Positions 17,753 to 28,145 of a stretch of 56,082 nt of DNA are shown here, in pieces. Source of the DNA: a virus (taxonomy: Duplodnaviria; Caudoviricetes); IMG/VR virus record IMGVR_UViG_3300011417_000011, positions 1-56,082 of that record, one strand, 5' to 3'. Below the pieces are notes generated by a model, which ran no database searches, was not told the origin of the DNA, and saw only the letters and a list, made by a program, of their open reading frames with translations. The translations under genes and the position numbers were made by a program. Position 1 is the first letter of the stretch. Every line of letters begins with the position of its first letter.

Positions 17753-18090
17753 TTAGGAGAGAAGCTCCAGGATCTCCCATCTCCGGTGCTCGATACCAGC
17801 ACGTTGAGCTGGTGTCTCCCCCTTCAACGTGATGTGCGGGCGGCAGTAATTGTGGTGGGCGTAATGCAGCGCCATTGCCGCTCGTAGGGCGTCCGCGCTC
17901 TTGGAGAAGTTGAGCGTGAGTCTGGCGAACTGGGACGATCCCATGCGCAGGGACAGATTCCAGCGCGAAGCAGCAACTTCGTCACCGACTCGCGGTCCAC
18001 GTCGCACAGGCGCGCCGTCGAGCGCATGCTGTTGCCCTCGACCAAGGCGGAGAGGATCAACGCCTGCTTTTCCTGCTTCAGAACGTTCAC
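17753..18090 (-). pseudogene. Internally deleted IS1-family transposase
   Basis: N-terminal HTH (LVEGNSMRSTARLCDVDRESV..LL) joined out of frame to the C-terminus (NLSLRM...RLT..FSK...HNYCRPH.TL..TPA..AG...W); DDE core missing. Confidence 0.8.
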
Positions 18091-18192
18091 GATCTGTTCC
18101 CTTCGTCGCGCCAAGGTGGCGCACCGCGACAGCCTACTTATGCGTGGTTCAACGAGGACAACCTTCCCCGGCAAAACCAGCCACTATCAAAA

Positions 18193-18468
18193 TTACAGCT
18201 TCACTTTCACTTCCCCCTCAAGCTTTTCATTCATCCGGCTAACCGCGTTTTCGAGCTCTTGAAGTCTACTTACCTTACGGGTGTTGAGCTCGATCTGCCT
18301 CTGAATGTCGTAGATCTTTTTGAGCATCCGAATAAGAGCCCTATCCTTACGTGTGGACTCTTCCATCCTTCGCATTATCGCTGGAACGAGTCTTATCATC
18401 AGGATGACAACTGCCGTTGCAAGACCGATTACACCGGCAGGAGGGATAGGTATTTCTTCGCTTAGCAT
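18193..18468 (-). CDS. Holin-like single-TM protein
   Basis: N-terminal TM followed by coiled coil; last gene of the tail operon. Confidence 0.45.
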   Translation of the reverse strand: MLSEEIPIPPAGVIGLATAVVILMIRLVPAIMRRMEESTRKDRALIRMLKKIYDIQRQIELNTRKVSRLQELENAVSRMNEKLEGEVKVKL

Positions 18469-21398
18469 TATGACTTATAGAGTAACGCAAAACCATCCTG
18501 CCCCGTACTAGGAGCGTCCATCGAAATGAACCGCTCTTCCCCGACAGTAGCGTCATTATGCTTAATGACGACCGTGTCTCCGATTACAACTCCTGCGAGA
18601 TTTCCTGTCGTCTGCCCAGCACCGACCAGCGTCGTGAAGGAGCCACCGTTCTTCGAGACCTGGACAATCGCGCCGCCGGAAAGGGCGCTGAACAAAGTGA
18701 AAGAATACGTTCCAGCGACCGTTGCCGTATAAATATTCGAGGAAACCCCGTCATCAAGTGCACCGAATACGAACTGGCCAGTCAAAGCAGTAGTGACGTC
18801 ACAGATCCACTTCGTCTGATTAAACTGGAAATAGGTTACGCTCTTGAACGTATGCTTCGCCTCGATCTTTATTCCGATCTGGGCCGGGATCACTCCGTTA
18901 GTAAACCTAAGAACATGGTCTCGCAGGAGCGTCGTCGTTTCCGATGAAGATTCTGCGAGCGTAAAGAGTAGCGTGTCAACACCAAGCGGATCAGCGTACA
19001 CGCTCACGATGTACTTCGTGCTATTAACAGACGGGAAGTCAGGATAGGTGAAGACAGCGTCGATCGTCAGTACGTCAACTTCGTTACCGCCTCGGAAGTC
19101 ACGACGAATGAACAAGAGTGCGACGCCAAGTCCATCGCCTGCCCCGGTTCCTTCAAGTGAGGAGACCACACTTCCCTCGACGCCGTTTATTGAAATGGCG
19201 CCGGGAGAAAGTGGCCTCCTCGACCGATCATTCATCGAAACCCTAATCGGTGTCACATCGCCAGGATCGGCAGTTTCTGTCTTGTTGTAGGGCCGGAGAT
19301 AGAAGTCATAATCAGCTCCCGCCTTCAGGTTGATACCGTTAAGACGTCCGCCACAGAGCGTGATTTCATCCCTGCCGATTCCATTAACGAAGAAGACCTG
19401 CGTTCCAGCCGGATGAACACGCGGCTGAGCCGTGTCCATGATCCCACGATACAGTCCTTTTATGATGACGTCATTACCAGAGCCTGCTTCAATAGTGTCA
19501 AATAGGAGGAATTCATCCTCGATCATAAGCATATGATACAGCTTATTGCCAATGTCTCTTGGATCCGCTGGCTGCCCAGCATTAGAATCAATGATCGTCT
19601 GTTTGGCGAAAGCTGAAACAGTTGTGACTGTGATCGTGCCCCCAATCGCGGGGCCTTGAACAAGATTGTCCTTCAACGGTGCATTGAGAGCGAAAATCCC
19701 GATATTACCATCATTGTATAAGTCAGTAAATCCAACATCTGCGATGTCATCGATTGTTTCAAGATATCCGATAGCGGACGCAATTCGAACCGTTCCAAAC
19801 CACACATGGTCTACTGGGCCATAGATCGGATTCCAGTTTGTATCCCGGATATCAAGAGCGTATGGTGCCTCTATCGCAAAGGAGAAGGCAAATTCCTGTA
19901 GCCCAGAGGTCGGGGAGACCCAAAGAGTGGGGGGCGGGGCTGCGCCGGAGGAAGGGTAAGTCGCGGTAAGGTCGTCGATCGCTTCGATCAGGATCTCTCC
20001 CTTGTCAATACGAGAATAGTCAATTCGAGAAACGCGCATCGCAAACTTATTGATGCCGTGCTCAGTGTTCGTGTAGACAAATGCATCACCAAGCTTGAGC
20101 GAGTATACGTCGCGCGTGCACACGAGCGTCGTGGAAGTTCTCGGTACAGAGAGATTTCTGAGATCCCTCCACACTAAAGAATTCGCAAGATCAGCATTCT
20201 TCACGCCAGGATATTTGACGCTCGCACGAGAATTCTTCCCGCTAGTGACCGTCAGATTCCCCTGCATCTGGGCGTTGGCCATATCCTGAGCCCAGGCGAC
20301 GACCTCCTTATAGCTTTGCTCGCGGTCATTGAAGGAGAGCGTAACGAGATTCTTCGTGTCCGCCCAGGTCTGACGGAAGAAGCGATCGACCTTCGTGATG
20401 TTCTTGCTGGCCGAAAGCTCCATAATGTCATCGACGTCGTAGTCCGCCCGAAGAAGCTTACAAACCCAGAGCCCCGAGGTATGGTCGATGAAGATAACGC
20501 CACCGATCTGGCGCTCGATCTCCTTAAGAATGTCGTCGTGCGATGTGATCGTATCGAGCAGGAAGGAGAAACCGTTGCCTTCCGTCGCAAGTGTTTCGGC
20601 AGCAGCTGTAAAACTCGAGACGTCGATCATCGACGAAGGCCACTTCATCCCCCAGTCATCGTCGGTAATGATCTCGTGAGCAACGTTCATCGGGTTGCAA
20701 TCATTACCGTCATTCAACTTAGCGACATCATCCGGCAGGCCAAGACCGTTAGGAATTCTCCGAACTACGACCGACGGGAATTTAAGAAACGTACTGTTAC
20801 CAAGATAAAAGTCTTTCAATACGATCCCAGCATAACCCTTATAGGCGGAGGTCTTGTCCGTCCCAACGAGTGTCTGCTGATACTGGGCAAGATAGGGATT
20901 GATCTCCTGGTCCTGGCCACCGTAGAGGATATCGATCTCGCCGTTGATTCCGCCAGAGCCGATATTGTTACCGCCGAACAAGTTCAAGAATCGCGAGACC
21001 GTGATCGTACTTGTTGGCCCAGAGGGGGGATCGTCGATGTCCTTATCCCAGACCTCAACCTCACCCCACGATATCCCAACGAGTTCATCGAATTTATGGC
21101 AGAGTCCAAGGTGAATTCCAAGGAAGTACTGGAATCCAATGGTCACATACTCAGTATTAAAGAGACTGTACCTGATCTTCTTTTCGATCGGAAACTGAAT
21201 TAGGTTCCCGTACCACATGACGTTCCCACCGTTAATCTTCACAGTCCCCCAAGCAATCGGGACTGCCCGGGAGGATGAAGTCGTTGGGAAAGAGAAGTCG
21301 CCCATTCCTGCTGGACGAGCATTCTCAGTCTTCGGCTTTGGAGCAAAAAGCTGAGACAGAAGGAACAGGACAACAATTATCAGGACTTGGGTAAGCAT
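18468..21398 (-). CDS. Tail tip / central fibre protein (Phage-tail_3, J-like)
   Basis: FSFPT....RAVPIAWGTV, YFLGIHLGLC, NPMN..HEI.TD..WG; follows the BR0599-like gene. Confidence 0.85.
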   Translation of the reverse strand: MLTQVLIIVVLFLLSQLFAPKPKTENARPAGMGDFSFPTTSSSRAVPIAWGTVKINGGNVMWYGNLIQFPIEKKIRYSLFNTEYVTIGFQYFLGIHLGLCHKFDELVGISWGEVEVWDKDIDDPPSGPTSTITVSRFLNLFGGNNIGSGGINGEIDILYGGQDQEINPYLAQYQQTLVGTDKTSAYKGYAGIVLKDFYLGNSTFLKFPSVVVRRIPNGLGLPDDVAKLNDGNDCNPMNVAHEIITDDDWGMKWPSSMIDVSSFTAAAETLATEGNGFSFLLDTITSHDDILKEIERQIGGVIFIDHTSGLWVCKLLRADYDVDDIMELSASKNITKVDRFFRQTWADTKNLVTLSFNDREQSYKEVVAWAQDMANAQMQGNLTVTSGKNSRASVKYPGVKNADLANSLVWRDLRNLSVPRTSTTLVCTRDVYSLKLGDAFVYTNTEHGINKFAMRVSRIDYSRIDKGEILIEAIDDLTATYPSSGAAPPPTLWVSPTSGLQEFAFSFAIEAPYALDIRDTNWNPIYGPVDHVWFGTVRIASAIGYLETIDDIADVGFTDLYNDGNIGIFALNAPLKDNLVQGPAIGGTITVTTVSAFAKQTIIDSNAGQPADPRDIGNKLYHMLMIEDEFLLFDTIEAGSGNDVIIKGLYRGIMDTAQPRVHPAGTQVFFVNGIGRDEITLCGGRLNGINLKAGADYDFYLRPYNKTETADPGDVTPIRVSMNDRSRRPLSPGAISINGVEGSVVSSLEGTGAGDGLGVALLFIRRDFRGGNEVDVLTIDAVFTYPDFPSVNSTKYIVSVYADPLGVDTLLFTLAESSSETTTLLRDHVLRFTNGVIPAQIGIKIEAKHTFKSVTYFQFNQTKWICDVTTALTGQFVFGALDDGVSSNIYTATVAGTYSFTLFSALSGGAIVQVSKNGGSFTTLVGAGQTTGNLAGVVIGDTVVIKHNDATVGEERFISMDAPSTGQDGFALLYKS

Positions 21399-22237
21399 TA
21401 CTCTAGTCCGAGCTCGAACAGCGGTCGCCCAGGCACGTACTGAGCGCCATTGAAAGACTTAACACGATCGAAAACGTTAGAACAGTCTCCGGTTAGCTTC
21501 TTATCGCACCCGGCAACAAGCTTTATCTGCCGCCCCACTGGGCTAACTGGAAAGGGCTGGAGAAGAAGGACGTCATCCGTTGTTGCGATCTGTGAGATCA
21601 CCATCCGGAGTTCGGAGTCCTCGCCGACTATGGCCGCGAAGCCTCCGGCAAATTTGTGGCCGGAGGCTTCGCTCCCGGTAATCGTTATCTTATTCCCTGA
21701 CGGGGCATTCTCCATTGCCGTGCAAGGACCAATAAACGTATGCGCGGCAGGATTAGCCCCGCAGAACTTATCGTAAATCTGGTTGCTGCAGAGGCTCGAG
21801 TACGTCCTTCTGGGAAGAGACTCAGATTTCGCTCCGTCTGCTGAGAGAAGTCCGATCTTCGCAAGATTAAAGTCCGTGTCGAACTGAACTCCTCTCACGA
21901 ATCCAATGAACATGACCTGTCGGATTGGCGTTGGAGTCTCATCAAGCTGAAGACGGATGATCTTACCCATCACCTGCCCAGATTGATTAACGCTGATGTA
22001 CCGCTTCGCAAATTCCGTCTCGGCTGGCATCGTTACCTTGACGATTTTAGTCCGTTCGTCAAGACTGTATGAAATTGGATCGTGTGAGATGGCGATCGGT
22101 TCGTAAGTTTGTCCAAGATTGACGAACTCACTTTCAGTCGAAGCATAGCGATAGGTGATAGTCGGTGTCACGAACTCATAGAGTTCAATCGGCCGTGAGC
22201 CTTGCGTGCTACGTTCAAGGGTATCGAAGTCGCTCAT
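21398..22237 (-). CDS. BR0599-domain tail hub protein
   Basis: RPIELYEF, C...YD..CG, AGCDK....C...F.....FNG..YVP. Confidence 0.85.
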   Translation of the reverse strand: MSDFDTLERSTQGSRPIELYEFVTPTITYRYASTESEFVNLGQTYEPIAISHDPISYSLDERTKIVKVTMPAETEFAKRYISVNQSGQVMGKIIRLQLDETPTPIRQVMFIGFVRGVQFDTDFNLAKIGLLSADGAKSESLPRRTYSSLCSNQIYDKFCGANPAAHTFIGPCTAMENAPSGNKITITGSEASGHKFAGGFAAIVGEDSELRMVISQIATTDDVLLLQPFPVSPVGRQIKLVAGCDKKLTGDCSNVFDRVKSFNGAQYVPGRPLFELGLE

Positions 22238-25089
22238 CCGTCATCCTCAACTGCGAGGATCGGGACCGTAGCCCGAGCTCTACCAATTCCACGATGCTGG
22301 ATTTTGACCTCGTCAGAGTCAAAACGTACGAGATTGATCCATTCCACTAAGACGATCTGACTGATTGTCTTAGTGGAAGGCCACGTAGCATCGAGAGTTA
22401 GAAGTTCTTCAGTCTCGCTCAAAACCTCAGACGCCGTGATCTTACGAATAAGGCTAGTCTCATCTGAGAAAGTGATCTTGAAGATATTTCGACCTTCCTT
22501 GCCATTTGCATACTGCGTATAGTTATTATTCCTAACGGTAATTGTATCGTCGCCGTTCGTCAAATCCTGAGTAGCCTTCAAGTCAACAGCAATCTGAGGG
22601 CAATAGAAGGAGATCAGTTTCCCCTTCAGAGCTAGGATGAGATTTCGGAAATCTCGGAGCTCTGCGCGATTCCGGGTTAAGAACCCAAAATCGCGCAGGT
22701 CCTTATTTCGATCCCAGGAAGCGAACTGCTGACGGACTCCTGAGAGGCTGTCATAGCCTTCGACTTCTTGAATGAAAGCCTCCGCCTTCGTTGATCCATT
22801 CATGAAGTTATTCTGATCGAGTATCAGCCTACCGTTATAGGTACTGAAACCAATCAGAGAACCATCTGAAGCTCCAGTATCGTTATCGACAGATAGACAT
22901 TGGATGACATACGAAGCAACACCGACAGGGTTCCTACCGTTCCTTGGAGCCGACGTAATATTAACAAACCTGATTGGCATAACTATGTCGCCAATCGCAT
23001 AGGAATTAAGGGTTACCGACGTCACGACGATGGAATTGCTCGAAACAGACTCAATCTTAGCGACGTCGTAGTAGGAATCTGACTTACGGATCATCAAATA
23101 CCCACCCACACGAAGATCAACTCCAACCGTCGTGCTCACAGGAATCGTAACAGAGTCTCCAACCGTTACAAGAGCCCCGTTAATGGAGACTGACTCATGC
23201 CAAAGTGGGAGGGCGATAACCTCTGACTGTCTACCAAACAGGAGGTTATTGATCTCTCGTCGAGGATCCCCGTCGATATCGAAGAGATAAGGAACTTCAA
23301 AGTACTGACGAGGGTTAACCCGATACGAGATCCTCTGTTCCTTCCCACGGAGAATCCTCAGAACGCTTGTTCCAAACTGAAGATTCTCAGTAATATTACC
23401 GCTTGGCTTCCACGGAATAATCGGGACTCTAAGCCCAAGAATCTCGGCAAATACCTGATTACCGACAGAGAAGACGAACCCGATCTGGTCGTCAAACTTA
23501 AGAGGCCCGTCCTCGGAGGTTCTAATAGAAACTCCAAGGAGCGACGAATATGGAAGAAGTTTATACGGGAGTGTCGGAAGATCCTCGACAGTCACTCCCG
23601 GATCAAGAGGATTATTAACCTCCGTCAATTCCGTAGACTGATTGAATGCATTGAAAATCTCGATCGTCTGTTGCTGTGGAGTAATAAATCGTTCGAAGTT
23701 AATCGGCGTCCTAGGCAGGATGTGGATTCGATTGAACCAGTTAGCACCAATCGTAAAGTCAACAAGGACACAAGGACGGTCGATCGGCCCAGAGCCACCA
23801 GGCGGCGAGACAAGACCGGGTGCCCAGGCACCACCAAAGCCAATTGGAAAGAGGATCGGTCGCGATTTCCTCTTAGGCATCGGAAGGCCGATTCGCCCCT
23901 TCCTTCCTCTGGGCAGCGGGCCAGGAATGAGCTTCTTCGGCATGAAAAAGGCTTTACGGTCGGTTACGAGTGCAATTCCAAAGCCGTCGCGAGTGACTTC
24001 TGGCTCTTCAACGCGCTCAGAAGAAGCAATCCCAGTTGGTTGGATGAAGCCTGCCGTCGCAAGGTCACCGCCGACGATTGTATAGGCACCTGTCTCAGCG
24101 TTGAGAACTCTATTCCATAGCAGGGACGTTCCCGCCCCCGCGAGCGTGAAGGCACCCGTTGCTGCGCTGAGTAGACGGTTCCATAGCAGGGACGTGCCTG
24201 CTCCTGCTATGGCAAAGGCTCCGGCTGCAGCAGAGAGAACTCTATTCCATAGCAGGGACGTTCCCGCCCCTGCTATGGAATAGGCTCCACTTCCGGCAGA
24301 CAGGACTCGCTTCCACAGGAGGTTCGTTCCCGTGGAAGCGATGGAGAAGGCCCCGGTGCCGGCAACAAGAGTGTAATGCCGAATTTCACGAAGAACGTAG
24401 AAAACGGTCGCGCCAGCTGGATTATTCGTTGCGCTACCGCTTGCGGTCATCGTAAACGTAATCGTTCCGGTAGAAGCTCCAGCTGTTACAAAGGCATCAG
24501 CGACCACGGTCCCAACGTCGTCACCGTTTGTAACAACGTTATCAACGCGCTCATTAACTGTTCCAAACGTACAGCCTGAGCATGACATCGCCTCCGCGCT
24601 ATATGTATAAAGGTCAGTATTAATTCCTGAGCAGCAAACGATAAGGTCATCAACCAGGATATTCGGATCCGTGGCTGACGTTGCAGACCAGGAGGCTGTG
24701 CCGCCAGTATTCTGAGACGCGCTTCTACAGTGAGGAGTATCCCACGTACTCGTTGCATCAATCGAGTATTGAAGAATAATCCCCATCGCCGAGTTGCCGA
24801 TCGGGATAGAGACAGACTGTGTCCCTGTCTCGGTTCCGTCCGAGATCTTATAGTATACCGAGCAATAGACCTGCCCAGTGTCAGCGCCGCTGGACCCTGA
24901 CCCGCCCGATTTTTGGGCGTTCGTGATCAAAGTCCAGCCAGAGGGGGTTGTCGGTGCGTTTGTTGGGTACTTATTCGTCACTACGAGGAGAAGTATATTC
25001 CCTGAAGTGACTACAGGAAACGACGGCGTGATCGTGGTGGTCCCGCCGGATCCTGTACCTTTGTTAACAAACGCGATCGACGTAGACAT
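22234..25089 (-). CDS. Large tail protein: N-terminal beta domain, 22-aa repeats, distal-tail-like C-terminal half
   Basis: C-half has WFNRIHILP, E.L.F.T.V.....GKEQR...R.NPR, L..LKG....FY.P, VRFDSD. Confidence 0.75.
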   Translation of the reverse strand: MSTSIAFVNKGTGSGGTTTITPSFPVVTSGNILLLVVTNKYPTNAPTTPSGWTLITNAQKSGGSGSSGADTGQVYCSVYYKISDGTETGTQSVSIPIGNSAMGIILQYSIDATSTWDTPHCRSASQNTGGTASWSATSATDPNILVDDLIVCCSGINTDLYTYSAEAMSCSGCTFGTVNERVDNVVTNGDDVGTVVADAFVTAGASTGTITFTMTASGSATNNPAGATVFYVLREIRHYTLVAGTGAFSIASTGTNLLWKRVLSAGSGAYSIAGAGTSLLWNRVLSAAAGAFAIAGAGTSLLWNRLLSAATGAFTLAGAGTSLLWNRVLNAETGAYTIVGGDLATAGFIQPTGIASSERVEEPEVTRDGFGIALVTDRKAFFMPKKLIPGPLPRGRKGRIGLPMPKRKSRPILFPIGFGGAWAPGLVSPPGGSGPIDRPCVLVDFTIGANWFNRIHILPRTPINFERFITPQQQTIEIFNAFNQSTELTEVNNPLDPGVTVEDLPTLPYKLLPYSSLLGVSIRTSEDGPLKFDDQIGFVFSVGNQVFAEILGLRVPIIPWKPSGNITENLQFGTSVLRILRGKEQRISYRVNPRQYFEVPYLFDIDGDPRREINNLLFGRQSEVIALPLWHESVSINGALVTVGDSVTIPVSTTVGVDLRVGGYLMIRKSDSYYDVAKIESVSSNSIVVTSVTLNSYAIGDIVMPIRFVNITSAPRNGRNPVGVASYVIQCLSVDNDTGASDGSLIGFSTYNGRLILDQNNFMNGSTKAEAFIQEVEGYDSLSGVRQQFASWDRNKDLRDFGFLTRNRAELRDFRNLILALKGKLISFYCPQIAVDLKATQDLTNGDDTITVRNNNYTQYANGKEGRNIFKITFSDETSLIRKITASEVLSETEELLTLDATWPSTKTISQIVLVEWINLVRFDSDEVKIQHRGIGRARATVPILAVEDDG
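24064..24375 (-). repeat. 66-bp (22-aa) coding tandem repeat, ~4.5 copies
   Basis: TTCCA(T/C)AG recurs at 24113, 24179, 24245, 24311; LLWNRVLSAxxGAFxIAGAGTS. Confidence 0.9.
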
Positions 25090-25512
25090 TTACGTGATCG
25101 TAATAATCCCGCCGGTCTGATCGGAATCGACAGTGAAGTTCTCATCGTTGAGAAGGGTGATGTCGGCACCGTAGTCCCACCAGCCGATCAGAGGATCCGC
25201 AGGCGAAGTTGGCGTGTCATTGTACAGGACAGCATAACGGAAGGTCGCAACCGAACCGCCAGACGCCGTCAGAACAAGGTCTGCCAGGACTAGCTTCAAT
25301 ACCCCAGATGCCTGGGCACACGACGTAATCGAAAAGACTCTTGTCGAGAGATTTGTATACGAAATCTGAGTTAGATTGGTGAGAATCGAATTTGTTGCGA
25401 CAGGCGCATTAGCCGCAGCGCACAGGGCAACAGTAAGAGCATCTGAGCCAAGATTATGAACTTTCTTGGCGAGATCTTCTGAATACTGATTGAATTTATT
25501 GAACGTAGCCAC
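25090..25512 (-). CDS. Small virion/fibre subunit
   Basis: ATFNKF...HNLGSD.L.VAL; ADLVLTASGG...FRYAVLYNDT...PLIGWWDYG. Confidence 0.7.
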   Translation of the reverse strand: MATFNKFNQYSEDLAKKVHNLGSDALTVALCAAANAPVATNSILTNLTQISYTNLSTRVFSITSCAQASGVLKLVLADLVLTASGGSVATFRYAVLYNDTPTSPADPLIGWWDYGADITLLNDENFTVDSDQTGGIITIT

Positions 25513-25524
25513 AGTATCTCCTGA

Positions 25525-26529
25525 TCAGGTCAGTGCGACCCGGTAAGCAATCCCTGAGTAGTAAGTGCTTCCCGTAACGTTATCCCCACTCTTTTTCTTA
25601 GTTGGGAAAACATACCAGGTATCCGCACCTATGAGCATTGTGTCGCCAAGTTCATAAGCTTGGATGTTCATGCCACCAACATCGTTTATCTCACCAAGAA
25701 TTCGAATCACAGCGTCAGCCTCTGTTAAAGTTGCCGCTGCGATCGGATAGATTGGAACAAGGCCGAGTTGGTTATTCGAGCCGATTCGTCCAAAGGCTCG
25801 AGCAATCGCTCCCCCACGGAATCCGCCGAGAGTCTTAGTTCTAGCCGTCGCCCCACGATCAGTCCCCGCGTTAGCGCTGGCGAAATTACCGACAACACCC
25901 CACTTCCCTACCGCCTGCCCAGGAATCCCCTCAATATGGAGGGACGCGCGGAACGGAGCGCCGCTGGACGAGTCACAGAGACCGTCGAGGAGGTAGGAGG
26001 AGTCAGAATTGACGGCAGAGCCGTGGGTGTCCGTGGCTTTGTATGCACTCCCGTATGCGTACTCGCCTCCAGTCCAAAGGTCTCCGACCTTAGAGATGGC
26101 GCCGAATCCGAAATGGACGCACTCTCCGTCTGCTACCTGAGCGACACAATGTATGTAATGCGTGGCCGCGTTGGCATCAGACTGAAAGAACCAATAAGGC
26201 ATAGGAGCATTAGTAAGTTTTGCATGGCGTCCCGTCCCAATCGTTGCATTGGTCCCGCTAATTACTCCCTGACCGGAGTCGTTAGTATGGCTACCTGGAG
26301 CCGTGGAAGAATTGATGTACCCCAGCGCGTGATAGATTCCAACATACTGCGGTGCACCAGAATCCCACCTGAATGAAGTATAGCAGGTCGCGCTCGCCGT
26401 GTGGTGAAGGAAGAGCCTCTCGGTGTTGACTCCCGACGAGTCCTTCGTCCAACCGTGTGCCTGGGCGAAGGTCGCCAGCTGTGTGAACAGGTCTGGGATA
26501 TCGTTAGCCGTTCCCGTGCCAAGTGGCAT
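25525..26529 (-). CDS. Virion structural (tail) protein
   Basis: GTA....L...L..FA...GWT, HFGFG...K, TGGEY, GD...IG.DTW.VFP; post-TMP position. Confidence 0.7.
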   Translation of the reverse strand: MPLGTGTANDIPDLFTQLATFAQAHGWTKDSSGVNTERLFLHHTASATCYTSFRWDSGAPQYVGIYHALGYINSSTAPGSHTNDSGQGVISGTNATIGTGRHAKLTNAPMPYWFFQSDANAATHYIHCVAQVADGECVHFGFGAISKVGDLWTGGEYAYGSAYKATDTHGSAVNSDSSYLLDGLCDSSSGAPFRASLHIEGIPGQAVGKWGVVGNFASANAGTDRGATARTKTLGGFRGGAIARAFGRIGSNNQLGLVPIYPIAAATLTEADAVIRILGEINDVGGMNIQAYELGDTMLIGADTWYVFPTKKKSGDNVTGSTYYSGIAYRVALT

Positions 26530-28145
26530 TAGAATCCCTCTTGCATACAGAACCAGGAGTAGCCCAGGGTTCTAGAACCGTTAGGGAAAACTCTAAAGAC
26601 GGACTGAGTTGGACCGACAGTGAAGGTAAAGGTATCTTCAGGAGCGATCGAGGAGCCGTCTTCCTTAATTCCGCTGACCCAGTAGATGTTCTCGAGAGCG
26701 CAGAGGAAGGCGCCACTGGCAGCAAGAATCAGACAGGCCGGATGGACTGTCTGGGCATTGCCGCCAGAGTAGGGAGTTGGCTTCAGACTAAGTGTTGCTG
26801 GACTTCCACCGTCAGCCCTACAAAACGACCCATACGAAGCCCATCCACCATTTTCAACAATATAGTCAGCCTTCGTGTCATCCGTCTGATTCAATGGCTT
26901 CCCGACCGGCCACATCACATTAGACTGGCTGATCGTAAACGGAGGCGAGCCGCTCGCGGCACTTGAATTGAAGAACTCAACCCACGACGTTGTCGCCTGG
27001 CTCCAGAAGTAGAAGGGACCAGCCCGACCGCTGTTCTTGAAGCACTCCGTCGGCCCAGAGATGTCAAGCTGGGAGTTGGAGTCTGCAGCGATCGCGACGC
27101 TACTAGCAGAGCCGAAGAGGACGAACGGCGCAGGATTCTCAGTGGCCGTACCGAACGGCTGCTGGGCTCCATAGCCTGCCGCATGGTAGACCGTCGTAGT
27201 CCCGCCATCCGCGCGTGAGACAATTCGAATCGCACGGCCAGAGCAGGAGAAATAGCACTGAATCGAGGAACTAGCAGGAAGAATTGGAAGATAGGTTCCG
27301 GCGCTTGTCGAAGGAACCGGATTTAGGATGTTTAGCTGTGTGTCGTAAGAGGATAGACCGTTAAAGTCCGTCATTGGGCTAAATGCAAGGAAATGGCGGA
27401 GACTTCCGCCAGACCCGTTAGTTCCTGTTCTAATACCAAGGATCGGGGCTTCCTGCCCCGTCTGGGCCGTTCCGAAAAGAACGATCTCCTTCTCGTCGTT
27501 AACGGTATTCAGCGAATAGTTGTTGACTGAACGGAGCACAGTCCAGCCAGAAGAAGTAATTGTTCCGCCGAAGGTCCCACCAGATCCAGTTCCGCCAGTA
27601 GGCACTATCCCGATCGGGATCAAGATCGCCTGCATCGTGATATTGACTGTAAGGCCAGTACCAGAACCAGTTCCAATGAAGCGCGTTGTTGGGCACGCTG
27701 TTAGGTTAGGAGCGCCCGAGCCAGTCGAAGCAGCGTAGGATCCGCCTCCTTCAAAGATACTGACCCCCGTAACGACCCCACTTGAAACAGACGTTACAAT
27801 AAGTTTCGCTGGCTCGCTCGCAAGCCCAGTGAGAATTCCTACGACGTCGTTAACGGCATAGCCTGTACCGCCAGCATTAACTGCAGCAGAGGCGACTCTA
27901 TTTGCGAAGCATCCTCCGGTGATAATCCGCTTGATGCCTACAATTACGCCACCGGAGACGTTAACCGCGAAGGTGCAGGGGAAGACCCCAGACGCGTGGC
28001 TGATCGTGAGAATATCGCCGTCGGTATATCCAGAACCACCATTGGTAACACCAAGACCGCCAGTCGCGAAGGACCCCGAAGTCGCCAGCTGCACCATCTT
28101 CTGGGAGACGTCTCGATACCCAGAGGCTACAAAGGGTTGCCACAT
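26529..28145 (-). CDS. Virion structural (tail) protein with two GxGY modules
   Basis: First gene after TMP; C-terminus VSG.....PEDT...VFPN. Confidence 0.7.
   Translation of the reverse strand: MWQPFVASGYRDVSQKMVQLATSGSFATGGLGVTNGGSGYTDGDILTISHASGVFPCTFAVNVSGGVIVGIKRIITGGCFANRVASAAVNAGGTGYAVNDVVGILTGLASEPAKLIVTSVSSGVVTGVSIFEGGGSYAASTGSGAPNLTACPTTRFIGTGSGTGLTVNITMQAILIPIGIVPTGGTGSGGTFGGTITSSGWTVLRSVNNYSLNTVNDEKEIVLFGTAQTGQEAPILGIRTGTNGSGGSLRHFLAFSPMTDFNGLSSYDTQLNILNPVPSTSAGTYLPILPASSSIQCYFSCSGRAIRIVSRADGGTTTVYHAAGYGAQQPFGTATENPAPFVLFGSASSVAIAADSNSQLDISGPTECFKNSGRAGPFYFWSQATTSWVEFFNSSAASGSPPFTISQSNVMWPVGKPLNQTDDTKADYIVENGGWASYGSFCRADGGSPATLSLKPTPYSGGNAQTVHPACLILAASGAFLCALENIYWVSGIKEDGSSIAPEDTFTFTVGPTQSVFRVFPNGSRTLGYSWFCMQEGF

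Larger units (their letters stand above)
17173..18188. mobile_element. Non-autonomous IS1-family derivative with cargo (tRNA-Asn, wHTH fragment)
   Basis: 8-bp direct repeat AAAATTAC at 17165-17172 and 18189-18196; imperfect terminal inverted repeats GGCACTGGATGGTTTTG / GATAGTGGCTGGTTTTG (13/17); internal transposase remnant; GC-richer than flanks. Confidence 0.75.

Noticed and set aside
20316-21203. Long plus-strand ORFs such as this 295-aa one
   Set aside because: Antisense shadows of well-supported minus-strand genes.
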